IMG/VR virus record: IMGVR_UViG_3300032087_005129
DNA length: 64,000 nt
Source of the DNA: a virus
Reading direction: 5' to 3' (one strand)
The notes below the pieces were generated by a model that had not been told where the DNA came from, did no database searches, and saw only the letters and a list, made by a program, of their open reading frames with translations. The first letter of the stretch is position 1. Each line of letters opens with the position of its first letter. Below are positions 47,664 to 60,410 of this stretch, piece by piece. Both the position numbers and the translations under genes were made by a program.

Positions 47664-49409
47664 ATGAGTAATATGTTTTCAACTCAGGCTTTTGAAGTTG
47701 ATGCGTTAGGTATTCCTAATGTTTACTTTATCTGTGGTAATAGGCAAAACGCCACGCCGGTCGGCGGAAACGAACAAATTCCAATTTCTGGTGTTTTTGA
47801 TCTTTCAAACATTTATGGTCTAAAAGCAGACGGCACACCACTAGAGGGTGACGACGGTAGTTCAACTAATCCAAGTGGAGGTAATACTCTTAATCGTTTT
47901 ATTAGTGTGAAGTTTTCTGATCCTTTTTACTACAACGGTGGTGTTTTTGGTTCTGGTGGTTACACAGGTGGGTCTGTAGGCCTTCGTAAAACAAATGGTC
48001 AAGCCGTTCTTGATCCTAGTTTAGGTAGCGGAATTAGTCCTGGTGATGTTTCAAGTCCAACTGCAATAATTGGAAGCAATGTAATGGGTCTTAATTGTTG
48101 TCCTTGCGGTTTTGAATTTCTAAGTCGTAGAGCATGGGTGTCTGTAGGTGATCTTTTAGAAGACAGATCTTTCATACAAAATGGAACATTTTTTACATGG
48201 GCTATTACCACTGAAGATAATGCTCTTGGTCCTGCACATCAAAGTCCCTTTCAAGGTAATGCAAATGATGATAACGTAATGGCACACGGCGAAGCATATG
48301 ATGTTTGTAGAATGGAGCCTTACTCTAGTCGTTTCAGAGAAGTAAGCGGAGATAATTCTCAGATAAATGATCCAGTTGGTTTTATAACATTGACTAGAGG
48401 GCTTTCTGGTGATACAAATAATCTGACTAACACAGAGTTTTTTCTCGAAGTTAACCTTCTTCGATTTGCAGCCGCAACTGCCTCAACAACTACAGAATTC
48501 ATTCCTCCTGAAAGAAATGTTCCTGAAGACTACACAACAGCGAAACAACTGAAACAAACTACAATTGGTGTAACAGTTGCTCCATACATAAACAGCGCCC
48601 AAGGACTTGCAAACCACTTGAATGGTCTTGACTTAGATGGTAATCCAATTCCAGATTTTGCTACTATTCAAACAGGTCTTAATAATGAGGGCAATATTTT
48701 CTTTGGTGGATTCGAAGGTTCGGCCTGTGTTGATAGATCGGGAAATGTTTTTCTTGGTTGGACAACAAGCGGAAAACTAATAAAACTTGTAACCAATCAA
48801 GACACTACAGCAGAAGCGGGAGACACAGACGAGTTTACATCAGGAACTTTTTCTGTTATTAAACACAGTAAGTTGGTTCCTGGTAATGGTGGTTACAACG
48901 CAGACGGAACCGAAAAAACAGATAGAAATGGATTTCCTGTTGATCCCGACAACAATATTATTAAGCCCGTATGTCCAAGTGCCATGATTTGCGATACAAC
49001 AAACGCCTTTGGTGTCAAAGGCACAGACTCAGATGGTAATTCTTACTCACTTGATGATCGTGTTTTATTTGCATTTCTTATGGACGCCGAAAACAGTATT
49101 GTAGATCCTGGTGGGGTAGGTAGAATACCAGGTGCCACAGACCAAGATACACGAAGAGGGTTATACATAATTATACTTAACGAAGATAAGACAAAGGTTG
49201 CTTTTGATCCAAACAATGAGGAATTTGATTATCGGGCAATATACTTTTATCCTGCTAGAGAGTTTTTTAATGATGGATTTGGTGAAACAGTTTGTTTTCC
49301 TACATTCTTGAATCTTGGTGCGATAAATGGATCCACCGAAGCAAATAGAATGAAAAATAGAGTAAGAACGTGCGGCGCCTCAATGAGGCCTTTACTTAGG
49401 GAAGAATAA
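47664..49409 (+). CDS. Hypothetical protein (probably virion or fibre associated)
   Basis: 581 aa Gly/Asp/Asn-rich ORF inside the fibre operon. Confidence 0.6.
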   Translation: MSNMFSTQAFEVDALGIPNVYFICGNRQNATPVGGNEQIPISGVFDLSNIYGLKADGTPLEGDDGSSTNPSGGNTLNRFISVKFSDPFYYNGGVFGSGGYTGGSVGLRKTNGQAVLDPSLGSGISPGDVSSPTAIIGSNVMGLNCCPCGFEFLSRRAWVSVGDLLEDRSFIQNGTFFTWAITTEDNALGPAHQSPFQGNANDDNVMAHGEAYDVCRMEPYSSRFREVSGDNSQINDPVGFITLTRGLSGDTNNLTNTEFFLEVNLLRFAAATASTTTEFIPPERNVPEDYTTAKQLKQTTIGVTVAPYINSAQGLANHLNGLDLDGNPIPDFATIQTGLNNEGNIFFGGFEGSACVDRSGNVFLGWTTSGKLIKLVTNQDTTAEAGDTDEFTSGTFSVIKHSKLVPGNGGYNADGTEKTDRNGFPVDPDNNIIKPVCPSAMICDTTNAFGVKGTDSDGNSYSLDDRVLFAFLMDAENSIVDPGGVGRIPGATDQDTRRGLYIIILNEDKTKVAFDPNNEEFDYRAIYFYPAREFFNDGFGETVCFPTFLNLGAINGSTEANRMKNRVRTCGASMRPLLREE

Positions 49410-49744
49410 TGGCAAGTAAATTAAATTTAAACATAGAACAAGGGGCTACATTTTCAATTGGTCTAGAACTAACAGATGATACCGGTGTTACATTTGATCT
49501 CGATGGTTACACTGGCAGATCTCAGATGAGAAGAAGTCACTCATCTTCAACTGCGATTGACTTAGACGTTACAATTACAGACACGACTGGTGGTAATCTG
49601 ACTCTATCAAAAACTGCTGCTACGACCGCAAGCATAACTGCTGGTAGATATGTTTATGATCTTGAAGTTTTCAATGCATCTGGTGTTGTTAAGAGAATTG
49701 TTGAGGGAGTTGCTACAGTTTTGCCAGAAGTTACAAAATCTTGA
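49409..49744 (+). CDS. Small virion structural protein (Ig-like, T4-like conserved)
   Basis: NL.I.QG.TF, DL.GYT..SQMR, T..I.AGRYVYDL, RI.EG...V.PEVT. Confidence 0.75.
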   Translation: MASKLNLNIEQGATFSIGLELTDDTGVTFDLDGYTGRSQMRRSHSSSTAIDLDVTITDTTGGNLTLSKTAATTASITAGRYVYDLEVFNASGVVKRIVEGVATVLPEVTKS

Positions 49745-49770
49745 GATAAATACCTAAGACTATTTGTTAT

Positions 49771-50442
49771 GTGAGGATTTTTCTTTTGAATATTTGTAAT
49801 TTAATAACCGGTGCGACTCGACCCGACGCAGAGCGAGTTTTTCAAAACATTAAAACAACCATCGAAGCACTCTCAGAACATGACTGCGAGCATTATGCTC
49901 TGACATACAAAACTGATGAGTCTCTAAAACTACAAGAAAAAATTAAAAACGAAAACTTGAATGTTAACCTTTTCCTGATTGATCCGATTGAAGAGGTCAT
50001 CGGCGGTTACAATGGTAACAATTATAGAATGGTGAGATGCATAGAACTTCTTGCAGAAAAAGTAGAAAACTTATTATCGTTTGATTGTGTTCTTCGTCAC
50101 AGAATAGATTGTGAGTTGTTGAGCATAGAGGTACCTGAGGTCATAAAAGAAAATACTTACTATGCTCCTTGGATGCCATGGAATTTACCTTTTGATAATA
50201 TTGGTCTGATGACACCAGAAGTGTTCAAAAAAGTTTTTCATACAGAGGGGAAGTCATTTGAAGAACCAACACCACACCATACAATAAATCAATCAATCGT
50301 AACGCAAGGCCTTCAAACAGAACCATTTAATTTTAAAAAGAGACTTTATCAAAGTAGCGATCCAGAGTTTATGGGTGTGCCACAATGGTCAAAAGAAAAC
50401 AGAACTTTTCATCATCAAGATGAGTGGGTGACTATTCATTGA
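49771..50442 (+). CDS. Hypothetical protein, possible glycan-biosynthesis enzyme
   Basis: First gene of the sugar cassette, after late-promoter-like GATAAATA (49745-49752); FD.V.R.R.D motif resembles uncharacterised GT-like proteins. Confidence 0.5.
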   Translation: MRIFLLNICNLITGATRPDAERVFQNIKTTIEALSEHDCEHYALTYKTDESLKLQEKIKNENLNVNLFLIDPIEEVIGGYNGNNYRMVRCIELLAEKVENLLSFDCVLRHRIDCELLSIEVPEVIKENTYYAPWMPWNLPFDNIGLMTPEVFKKVFHTEGKSFEEPTPHHTINQSIVTQGLQTEPFNFKKRLYQSSDPEFMGVPQWSKENRTFHHQDEWVTIH

Positions 50443-51803
50443 ATGAGTTAATCACCATCTCTGGTAGTTCGGGTGTTGGCAAGACAACTTTATCTGAACT
50501 CATACGTTTTGTTTTGAAAGACAAAAACGTAACTGTGGTGAACGGTGATGACTCACATAAATGGGAAAGACAAGATCCTAATTGGAACGTTTATACCCAC
50601 TTAAATCCAAAAGCAAACAACTTGACTGATGAAGTAAAAAGTATTTCTACTCTTATTCAAAATAAATCAATACAGAGAAAAAAATACAATCACGATACAG
50701 GTAAGTTTGATGAGCCAGTAGAGATATTGCCAAGTAAGTATATTGTTTATGAAGGTCTTCATTCTTTGCATGGTGAGATGTCTGAAATTTCTGATCTTAG
50801 AATATTTGTTGAAACAGAAAACAATCTAAAGAAGCAGTGGAAACTTAACAGAGATACACAAAAAAGAGGCTACACAAAAAAGCAAGTCGAAAATATCTTG
50901 CAACGAAGAGAAAAAGATGAAAAACTTTACATCGCGCCACAAAAAGAAAACGCTGATGTGATTGTTCGTTTTGAAGAAAAAAGAGATAAGACTGTTCATT
51001 TAGAGTATGAGTGTCGGAATGATGTAGGCAAAGACATCTTTGAAAAGGTAAAAGACTTTTATGATTTACATCGAAACTTTTTATTGCTGTGCAAGAAGAC
51101 CTCATTTGAGTATGATCTAGTTCAGCACGGCGGCGGAAACATATCCTACAAATTTGATGATAGTATTGTTATCACATCTTCTGGAAAAGAAATGGGTGAT
51201 GTGTCGATGCTTAGTGGCTTTACTTGTTGTGACCACAAAGGAAAAAAGATTAAAGAAACAAAAGATCGACCTTCAATGGAGTTAGGTCTTCATTTAAAAA
51301 TAGATCAACCTGTTGTTTTTCACACACATCCAATATATCTAAACACAATTTTATGCTCAGAGGAATCAAAAGATATCCTATCTGATGTTCTGATTGATTA
51401 TGATTATGAGTATATTCCATACATAACACCAGGTAAAGATTTAAAAGATTTTTTCAATCCAGAAAAAGAAAGTAAAATTTTTCTATTAGAAAATCATGGT
51501 TTGATTTGCTCTGGCAATTCTTTTGTAGAAGTTTTTAATATTTCTTTACACATCAACCAATTATGTAAAGAATGGCTAATCAAAAATTCAAAAGCGTTTA
51601 AGACTTTTGCAAATTTAAAAATGGACGAAAACAAGTTTCTTTTTCCTGATGCTGTTGTTTTGCCAGAAAAAATGAAACCAATCAATGACTACATGATTTA
51701 CATACAAAGAGATATTGGGTTGACCCCTAGATTCTTGACCGAATCTGAAATAAATAAATTATCCAGTATGAAAGAGGAAAAGTACAGGAGAAGTTTGCTA
51801 TGA
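50424..51803 (+). CDS. Phosphoribulokinase/uridine-kinase-family kinase fused to a class II aldolase/adducin domain
   Basis: P-loop GSSGVGKT, GDD.HKWER, YEGLH, RD...RG; then GGGNIS.K, ITSSG, RPSME..H, HTHP, L.NHGL. Start may be the TTG at 50439. Confidence 0.85.
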   Translation: MGDYSLNELITISGSSGVGKTTLSELIRFVLKDKNVTVVNGDDSHKWERQDPNWNVYTHLNPKANNLTDEVKSISTLIQNKSIQRKKYNHDTGKFDEPVEILPSKYIVYEGLHSLHGEMSEISDLRIFVETENNLKKQWKLNRDTQKRGYTKKQVENILQRREKDEKLYIAPQKENADVIVRFEEKRDKTVHLEYECRNDVGKDIFEKVKDFYDLHRNFLLLCKKTSFEYDLVQHGGGNISYKFDDSIVITSSGKEMGDVSMLSGFTCCDHKGKKIKETKDRPSMELGLHLKIDQPVVFHTHPIYLNTILCSEESKDILSDVLIDYDYEYIPYITPGKDLKDFFNPEKESKIFLLENHGLICSGNSFVEVFNISLHINQLCKEWLIKNSKAFKTFANLKMDENKFLFPDAVVLPEKMKPINDYMIYIQRDIGLTPRFLTESEINKLSSMKEEKYRRSLL

Positions 51804-52633
51804 AAGTAATCATACCAATGGCTGGTAGCGGAAACAGATTTGTTCAAAAAGGTTACGCTGATCCAAAACCACTAATTAAAGTTAACGGCAAAAGAATTGT
51901 TGAATACATTTTAGATATGTTCTCTTCAGAAGATGAAGTAATTTTTATCTGCAACGAAAAGCACCTTGAAGAAACAAACATGAGAGACATCTTGAAAGAG
52001 ATAAGACCGAACTCAGAGGTTGTTTCGATGCCGATGCACAAACTTGGTCCTGTATACACTGTGCAACAAGTATATGATCGAATAGACGATGATGAAGAAG
52101 TCATAGTTTCATACTGTGATAATCCATACCTGTGGGATCGTGATGACTTTGTAAACTATGTTCGTGAGTGTGACTTAGATGGTTGTGTTCTATCACACAC
52201 AGGTTTTCATCCCCACACACTAAATCACACCAAGATGGCATTTATCAAAGAGAACAATGGTCTACTACAAGAGATTAAAGAAAAAGAGTGCTACACTAAT
52301 GATCCAATGAGCGAACATGCATCAACAGGCACTTACTACTTTAAAAAAGGTAGTTACATCAAAAAATATTTTGATATGGCAATTGCAAAGGATATCCATC
52401 ACAAAGGCGAATACTATGTGACCTTAGTTTACAATCTTTTGGTACAAGATGGTCTTCGTGTTGGTTACTATGACACACCATTTGCCACTGTTATGGGAAC
52501 ACCAGAAGAGGTAGAAAACTTTGAATCTTGGGTTAACATTTTAACCAAAGGTCAAATAAAGTGCGAAGAAGATTTGTTAAACTGTTATCGTTACTGGAAA
52601 AAATACCATGCAAGTGATCTTTGTAGACATTGA
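51800..52633 (+). CDS. Nucleotidyltransferase-fold protein (BcbE-like)
   Basis: IIPMAG.G.RF...GY..PKPLI.V.G, YCD, EK......ASTG.YYF, GEYYV, GTPEE. Confidence 0.85.
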   Translation: MKVIIPMAGSGNRFVQKGYADPKPLIKVNGKRIVEYILDMFSSEDEVIFICNEKHLEETNMRDILKEIRPNSEVVSMPMHKLGPVYTVQQVYDRIDDDEEVIVSYCDNPYLWDRDDFVNYVRECDLDGCVLSHTGFHPHTLNHTKMAFIKENNGLLQEIKEKECYTNDPMSEHASTGTYYFKKGSYIKKYFDMAIAKDIHHKGEYYVTLVYNLLVQDGLRVGYYDTPFATVMGTPEEVENFESWVNILTKGQIKCEEDLLNCYRYWKKYHASDLCRH

Positions 52634-52895
52634 TGAAACCATATGTGACACACCCGATAACCCAAGACGCTACGAAGAGTCAACGCCAAGACTTGAAGAG
52701 ATCGAAAAAATAAATTCTCTTTACGATCAAGGCAACAAGATAGTTTATTGGACTGCTCGTGGCAGCAGAAGCGGTATTGATTGGTATGATCTGACCAAAA
52801 AACAACTAATAGAGTGGGGTGCAAAGCACCATGACTTGCGATGTGATAAACCATACTATGATATTTTTTACGATGATAAGGCAAGAATTTTATGA
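52608..52895 (+). CDS. Small HAD phosphatase (capsule-biosynthesis BcbF-like)
   Basis: VDIDETIC, I.YWTARG, KP.YD.F.DDKA. Confidence 0.82.
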   Translation: MQVIFVDIDETICDTPDNPRRYEESTPRLEEIEKINSLYDQGNKIVYWTARGSRSGIDWYDLTKKQLIEWGAKHHDLRCDKPYYDIFYDDKARIL

Positions 52896-53632
52896 CAACA
52901 AACTTAGTTACGTTAGCAGGTGAAGGTAGTAGATTTAAAATAAATGGTATCGAAACACCAAAGCCATTGATACCCATAAATGGTAAACCGATGATAGTTC
53001 AATCGGTTGAGTGTTTACCCAAAGCAGACAAACACGTTTTTGTTTGTCGTGAAGAACATTTAGAAAAGTTTGATCTAGACAAAATTCTTTCTGACAACTT
53101 CAATAACTCTGAGTTTGTTTGTGTGAAAGAAACAACAGAGGGTCAAGCATGTACCGCAGAGTTGGGTATTCGTGAGTCTTCAATACAACCAGACGATTCA
53201 ATACTAATTAGTTCTTGTGATTATGGACTAGACTGGAACGAAGAGAAATATAACTTAGTAAAAAATGAGTCTGATGTTGTGGTATGGTCAACAACAAACA
53301 ACGAGGCTTTTTCTAAGAACCCCTCCTCATATAGTTGGCTCGCTTTGAACGGAAACATGATTCTCAAGACCTATGTGAAGCAGTCAATATTCAGCGACCC
53401 ATATAACAGTCATGCCATAGTAGGCACGTTCTATTTTTCTAAGTCAAAACATTTCTTAGATTCAGTGCAAACGATTTATGAAAAAGACATTAGAAGCAAT
53501 GGTGAATATTATATTGATAATATTTTTAACACTATTGAAAACTTAAGTGTCAGATCATTTACTGTAGACAACTATCATTGTTGGGGAACACCAGAGGATT
53601 TAAAAGATTATGAAAATAAAATATTGGGATGA
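52892..53632 (+). CDS. Nucleotidyltransferase-fold protein, second copy
   Basis: LAGEGSRF...G...PKPLI.INGKPM, T.GQACT, SCD, NGEYYID, WGTPEDL. Confidence 0.85.
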   Translation: MTTNLVTLAGEGSRFKINGIETPKPLIPINGKPMIVQSVECLPKADKHVFVCREEHLEKFDLDKILSDNFNNSEFVCVKETTEGQACTAELGIRESSIQPDDSILISSCDYGLDWNEEKYNLVKNESDVVVWSTTNNEAFSKNPSSYSWLALNGNMILKTYVKQSIFSDPYNSHAIVGTFYFSKSKHFLDSVQTIYEKDIRSNGEYYIDNIFNTIENLSVRSFTVDNYHCWGTPEDLKDYENKILG

Positions 53633-54686
53633 AACAAAAAACTCCACAGTTCAATTAGTATCAACACGATCAGTAAAGATCGGAGAGTTTCGTGACTGTA
53701 GTTTTACTGGTATATGCCCGCACTATCCACAGATACTCATGCGTTCACAAAATGAATTGTTGTTGCCAACGATTGAAAGATTTATGTCTCTCGGTAGAGG
53801 AACTGTTTATGAAGAAACTATGGAGTGGGAACCACCTAGAGAAGTTTTGAAACAACACGAAGACTCTCCTGTGTTTTTCTTTTGCTACAACACTGCGAAT
53901 TATTTTCACTGGTTGTATGACACTGTTCCATATTTGTTCTCATACTTCAAACTCAAAACTGTTTTGCCAAATTTAAAACTTCTAATGAGTCCACCAGAGG
54001 GTAAAATAGATTTGTATCCTTTTGTTTATGAAACACTAAGTCTTTTAGGTATCAAAGAAACTGATATAGTTTTTGTAGATAACTACACAAAATACGACAA
54101 AGTTTTTATTGGTTCATCACTGACACACAATCGTTTGTCTTTAGAGCCACCACACCCCGCACTGTGGGATATTATAAAAAAAATAAAGTCACCAGTTAAA
54201 GACACACCAAAAAAAGTTTACGTTTCAAGAAGAACGTGGGTTAAAGATGATAATAAAAATATTGGCACAGACTACACGATACAAAGAAAATGTGTAAATG
54301 AAGACTCTGTTGTTGACCTGTTTAAGAAAAATGGTTTTGTCGAAGTGTTTGCTGAAGATCTTAGCATGAGTGAAAAAGTTTCTACATTCGCAAACGCTGA
54401 TGTTGTGGCAGGACCAATTGGTGGTGGTATGGCAAATTTATTGTTCTCGAACAAAGATACCAAAGTTATTTCTATCAACAGTCCTGAGTTTTTTCCTACG
54501 AACGAAAGACTAAAAAATGCTATGCTTCACACAGACATTACCTTTTTTGATGATACGAAGTTTATCGATAGAGTGGACGATAAAGTCACACATCAAAATG
54601 CTCTTTCTATATCTGGAGGACTAAATTCTCCTTGGGAAGTAGATATAAATAAGTTAGAAACTTTACTACAAAGTGTTCTAAAATAA
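53610..54686 (+). CDS. Glycosyltransferase family 61 (DUF563)
   Basis: NYFHWL.D, KVYVSRR, R..VNE, E.LSM.E.V..F..A..V.G..GGGM.NL.F. Confidence 0.85.
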   Translation: MKIKYWDETKNSTVQLVSTRSVKIGEFRDCSFTGICPHYPQILMRSQNELLLPTIERFMSLGRGTVYEETMEWEPPREVLKQHEDSPVFFFCYNTANYFHWLYDTVPYLFSYFKLKTVLPNLKLLMSPPEGKIDLYPFVYETLSLLGIKETDIVFVDNYTKYDKVFIGSSLTHNRLSLEPPHPALWDIIKKIKSPVKDTPKKVYVSRRTWVKDDNKNIGTDYTIQRKCVNEDSVVDLFKKNGFVEVFAEDLSMSEKVSTFANADVVAGPIGGGMANLLFSNKDTKVISINSPEFFPTNERLKNAMLHTDITFFDDTKFIDRVDDKVTHQNALSISGGLNSPWEVDINKLETLLQSVLK

Positions 54687-54703
54687 AAAACAACAGATAA
54701 ATA
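54644..54703 (+). promoter_or_regulatory. Late promoter(s): TATAAATA (54644-54651) and GATAAATA (54696-54703)
   Basis: Upstream of the GT2-TPR gene. Confidence 0.55.
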
Positions 54704-54729
54704 ATTCAGTGTTTAGAATGGAGATATAA

Positions 54730-55953
54730 ATGAGTCAAACAGCGATTGAAGAGCCTGTCAAGCCAACTGTTGAGGTTGAGCAATCTAAAAAAATAAACAA
54801 AGTTTCTCTTGTAATGATCGTCAAGAACGAAGCAAGAAAAATTGAAGGTAGCGATCTGACTGTGATCGAGCGTTGTCTTTCAAGTGTTCGTCCAGTAATT
54901 GACACGATTGTTATTTGTGACACAGGTTCTACTGATGGCACACAAGAAGTAATCAAGTCATGGGCAGAAAAGGCAGGTCTTGAAAGTCATGTAATTGATC
55001 GTGAGTGGCAAGACTTTGGTACAAACCGATCAGAGGCACTTGAGTATGCAAGAGAACTTACCGATGCAGATTACTGCTTAATGATTGACGCTGACGAAAT
55101 TCTTGTTTACGACCAAAACTTTGATCCGATTGAATGGCGAATGAGTCTCGACAAAGATCTCTATAATGTTTACGCTGAGTATGGTGGAACAAGATATCAC
55201 AGACCACAACTTACCTCAAATAAAAAGAAATTTTACTATCGAGGTGTTCTACACGAATATGTTGACTGCCACGACGAAATTGAATCGAGAGAATTCAATG
55301 TAGGTTTTATCAATACACCAATTCAAGACGGTGCGAGATCTGATGATCCTGAAAAGTATAAGAAAGACGCACAGGTTTTTGAAAAGGCTTTTGCTGATGG
55401 TAAAGTTGACGAGCAAGATCATAATCGTTATTTGTTCTATCTGGCTCAATCTTATCGAGATAGTCAACAATGGGAAAAGTGTCTTGATGCGTATGAAAAA
55501 AGAGCCGAGGCTGGTGGCTGGACTGAAGAAGTCTATTACTCATTCTTTCAAATTGCACGCATGAAAGAAATTCTACAAAAAGAAAAAGGCTTTTCAGTTG
55601 ATGATGTGATTGAGGCCTACATGCGAGCATTTCAACAAAACCCTTGGCGTGTAGAGGCTCTTTGGGCTGCTGCTCGCTATGCCCGCTTGAAGTGTCGTTT
55701 TGACCAAGCATGGTCATTTGCTAACCACGGTATTCGTCTTTCTTTCCCCGACGGTGCGTTGTTTGTTACAAAATCTGTTTATGACTTTATGATGCTTGAC
55801 GAGTATGCCATTGCTTGTTATTGGACTGGTCGCTACCGCGAATGTCGTGACTCTTGCTTGCAACTTCTTCGTGAAAACAGAATTCCAGAGGATTACAAAG
55901 AAAGAGTCAATGCAAACCTTGAACACTCTATCGAGGCCTTGAAGACGAGGTAA
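54730..55953 (+). CDS. Glycosyltransferase family 2 with C-terminal TPR repeats
   Basis: SLVMIVKNEA, ERCL.SV, DTGSTDGT, W.DFG.NR..AL, IDADE, Y.GVLHE; helical repeats FYLAQSY, R.EAL. Confidence 0.9.
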   Translation: MSQTAIEEPVKPTVEVEQSKKINKVSLVMIVKNEARKIEGSDLTVIERCLSSVRPVIDTIVICDTGSTDGTQEVIKSWAEKAGLESHVIDREWQDFGTNRSEALEYARELTDADYCLMIDADEILVYDQNFDPIEWRMSLDKDLYNVYAEYGGTRYHRPQLTSNKKKFYYRGVLHEYVDCHDEIESREFNVGFINTPIQDGARSDDPEKYKKDAQVFEKAFADGKVDEQDHNRYLFYLAQSYRDSQQWEKCLDAYEKRAEAGGWTEEVYYSFFQIARMKEILQKEKGFSVDDVIEAYMRAFQQNPWRVEALWAAARYARLKCRFDQAWSFANHGIRLSFPDGALFVTKSVYDFMMLDEYAIACYWTGRYRECRDSCLQLLRENRIPEDYKERVNANLEHSIEALKTR

Positions 55954-55956
55954 TCG

Positions 55957-55964
55957 TATAAATA
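55957..55964 (+). promoter_or_regulatory. T4-type late promoter TATAAATA
   Basis: Exact consensus before the fibre gene. Confidence 0.75.
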
Positions 55965-55990
55965 CTGGAGATAACTGAAAAGGTGCCAGT

Positions 55991-59154
<3,164 letters not shown>

Positions 59155-59158
<4 letters not shown>

Positions 59159-59682
59159 TATTTTTCAAACATTTAGAAAACAAGATTGTAATTAATGATC
59201 AAGTCATTGATTTTGATATATTTTTACATCTCGAACCAGATTACCAAAGACCAACGAAAGCGACATCAATAACGTATATTCCTGGTCAGATGCATTCATG
59301 GAGTGATGGCACAGAAACCTTTGTGGTTGGAAAACAATGGGCCGAAGGAGACAGATATATCTCAAGACTTGATGAGTTTTTAAATCTTCAACGAATAGAA
59401 GATGAAGATACTGCGGATACTGAAAAACTTGTACAACGAGAAAAAGAAAAAAGACTTGAGTACACTAAAAAAAGAAGATCTGAATATCCAAAAGTAGAAG
59501 AGTTAGTCGTTGCTTTATGGGAACATGTAGTTGAAAAAAAGAATCTTGATGATTCACACATCAAACAACTTCAAATACTTCGTGAAAAAATTAAGTCTGA
59601 TTACCCAAAAGATCAAACAACAAAGAAGAAGAGAAGAAGAAAAGTAAATGGCAGAACCAACAAGCAGACAAGAACTAATTGA
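59155..59682 (+). CDS. Hypothetical protein, possible fibre assembly chaperone
   Basis: Y..KR..EYP..EE...ALW...IK..YPK motif common downstream of fibre genes. Confidence 0.55.
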
Positions 59683-60409
59683 ATATTGTTTAAGAAGGCT
59701 CGGCAAACCTGTTGTTGAGATTAACGTTGACGATGATCAATTACAAGATCGCACCGACGATGCTTTACAGTATTTTGCAGAGTATCACTATGACGGTGTT
59801 GAATTGGTGTATCTAAAACACGAACTAACCGCAGACGATATCACTAATGGCTATATTGATCTCACCGCTGATGGTGGTATTGATGCCTCAAATCTAATTG
59901 TAAGTGTGTCTAGAATATTCAGCATACCTGGTCGTACCATCAACATGTTTGATATTCGTTATCAACTTGCATTGAATGATTTATACACCATTGGTAGACT
60001 CGATCTTATTCATTACTCAATGTATCAGCAATATATGAATCTTGTGCAAGACATGTTGCAACCAGATAAAAGAATCAGATATCATACGGTGACAAATAGG
60101 CTTCACATCGATACAGATATGGATGAAAATTTCTCAGCAGGAGATTACATTGTTATCGAGGCATATAGAATATTAGATCCTTCAACATACACAGAAATTT
60201 TTAAACAAAGACTACTCAAAGATTATCTCACAGCCAGTATTAAAAAACAATGGGGTCAAAATTTAATTAAGTTTGAGGGTGTTCAGTTGCCTGGTGGTGT
60301 TTCAATTAATGGTCGAGCATTGTATGATGATGCGGTTCAAGAACTAGAAAAAATTCAAGAAGAAGCAGAACTAAGATTTGAACTACCTCCAGATTTTATA
60401 GTGGGTTAA
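59648..60409 (+). CDS. gp13: Neck protein gp13
   Basis: [45 protein letters not shown]. Confidence 0.95.
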   Translation: MAEPTSRQELIEYCLRRLGKPVVEINVDDDQLQDRTDDALQYFAEYHYDGVELVYLKHELTADDITNGYIDLTADGGIDASNLIVSVSRIFSIPGRTINMFDIRYQLALNDLYTIGRLDLIHYSMYQQYMNLVQDMLQPDKRIRYHTVTNRLHIDTDMDENFSAGDYIVIEAYRILDPSTYTEIFKQRLLKDYLTASIKKQWGQNLIKFEGVQLPGGVSINGRALYDDAVQELEKIQEEAELRFELPPDFIVG

Positions 60410-60410
60410 C

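Noticed and set aside
50424-51803. Phosphoribulokinase as a carbon-fixation auxiliary gene
   Set aside because: Fused to an aldolase domain and embedded in a sugar-nucleotide cassette; no photosynthesis or Calvin-cycle genes nearby
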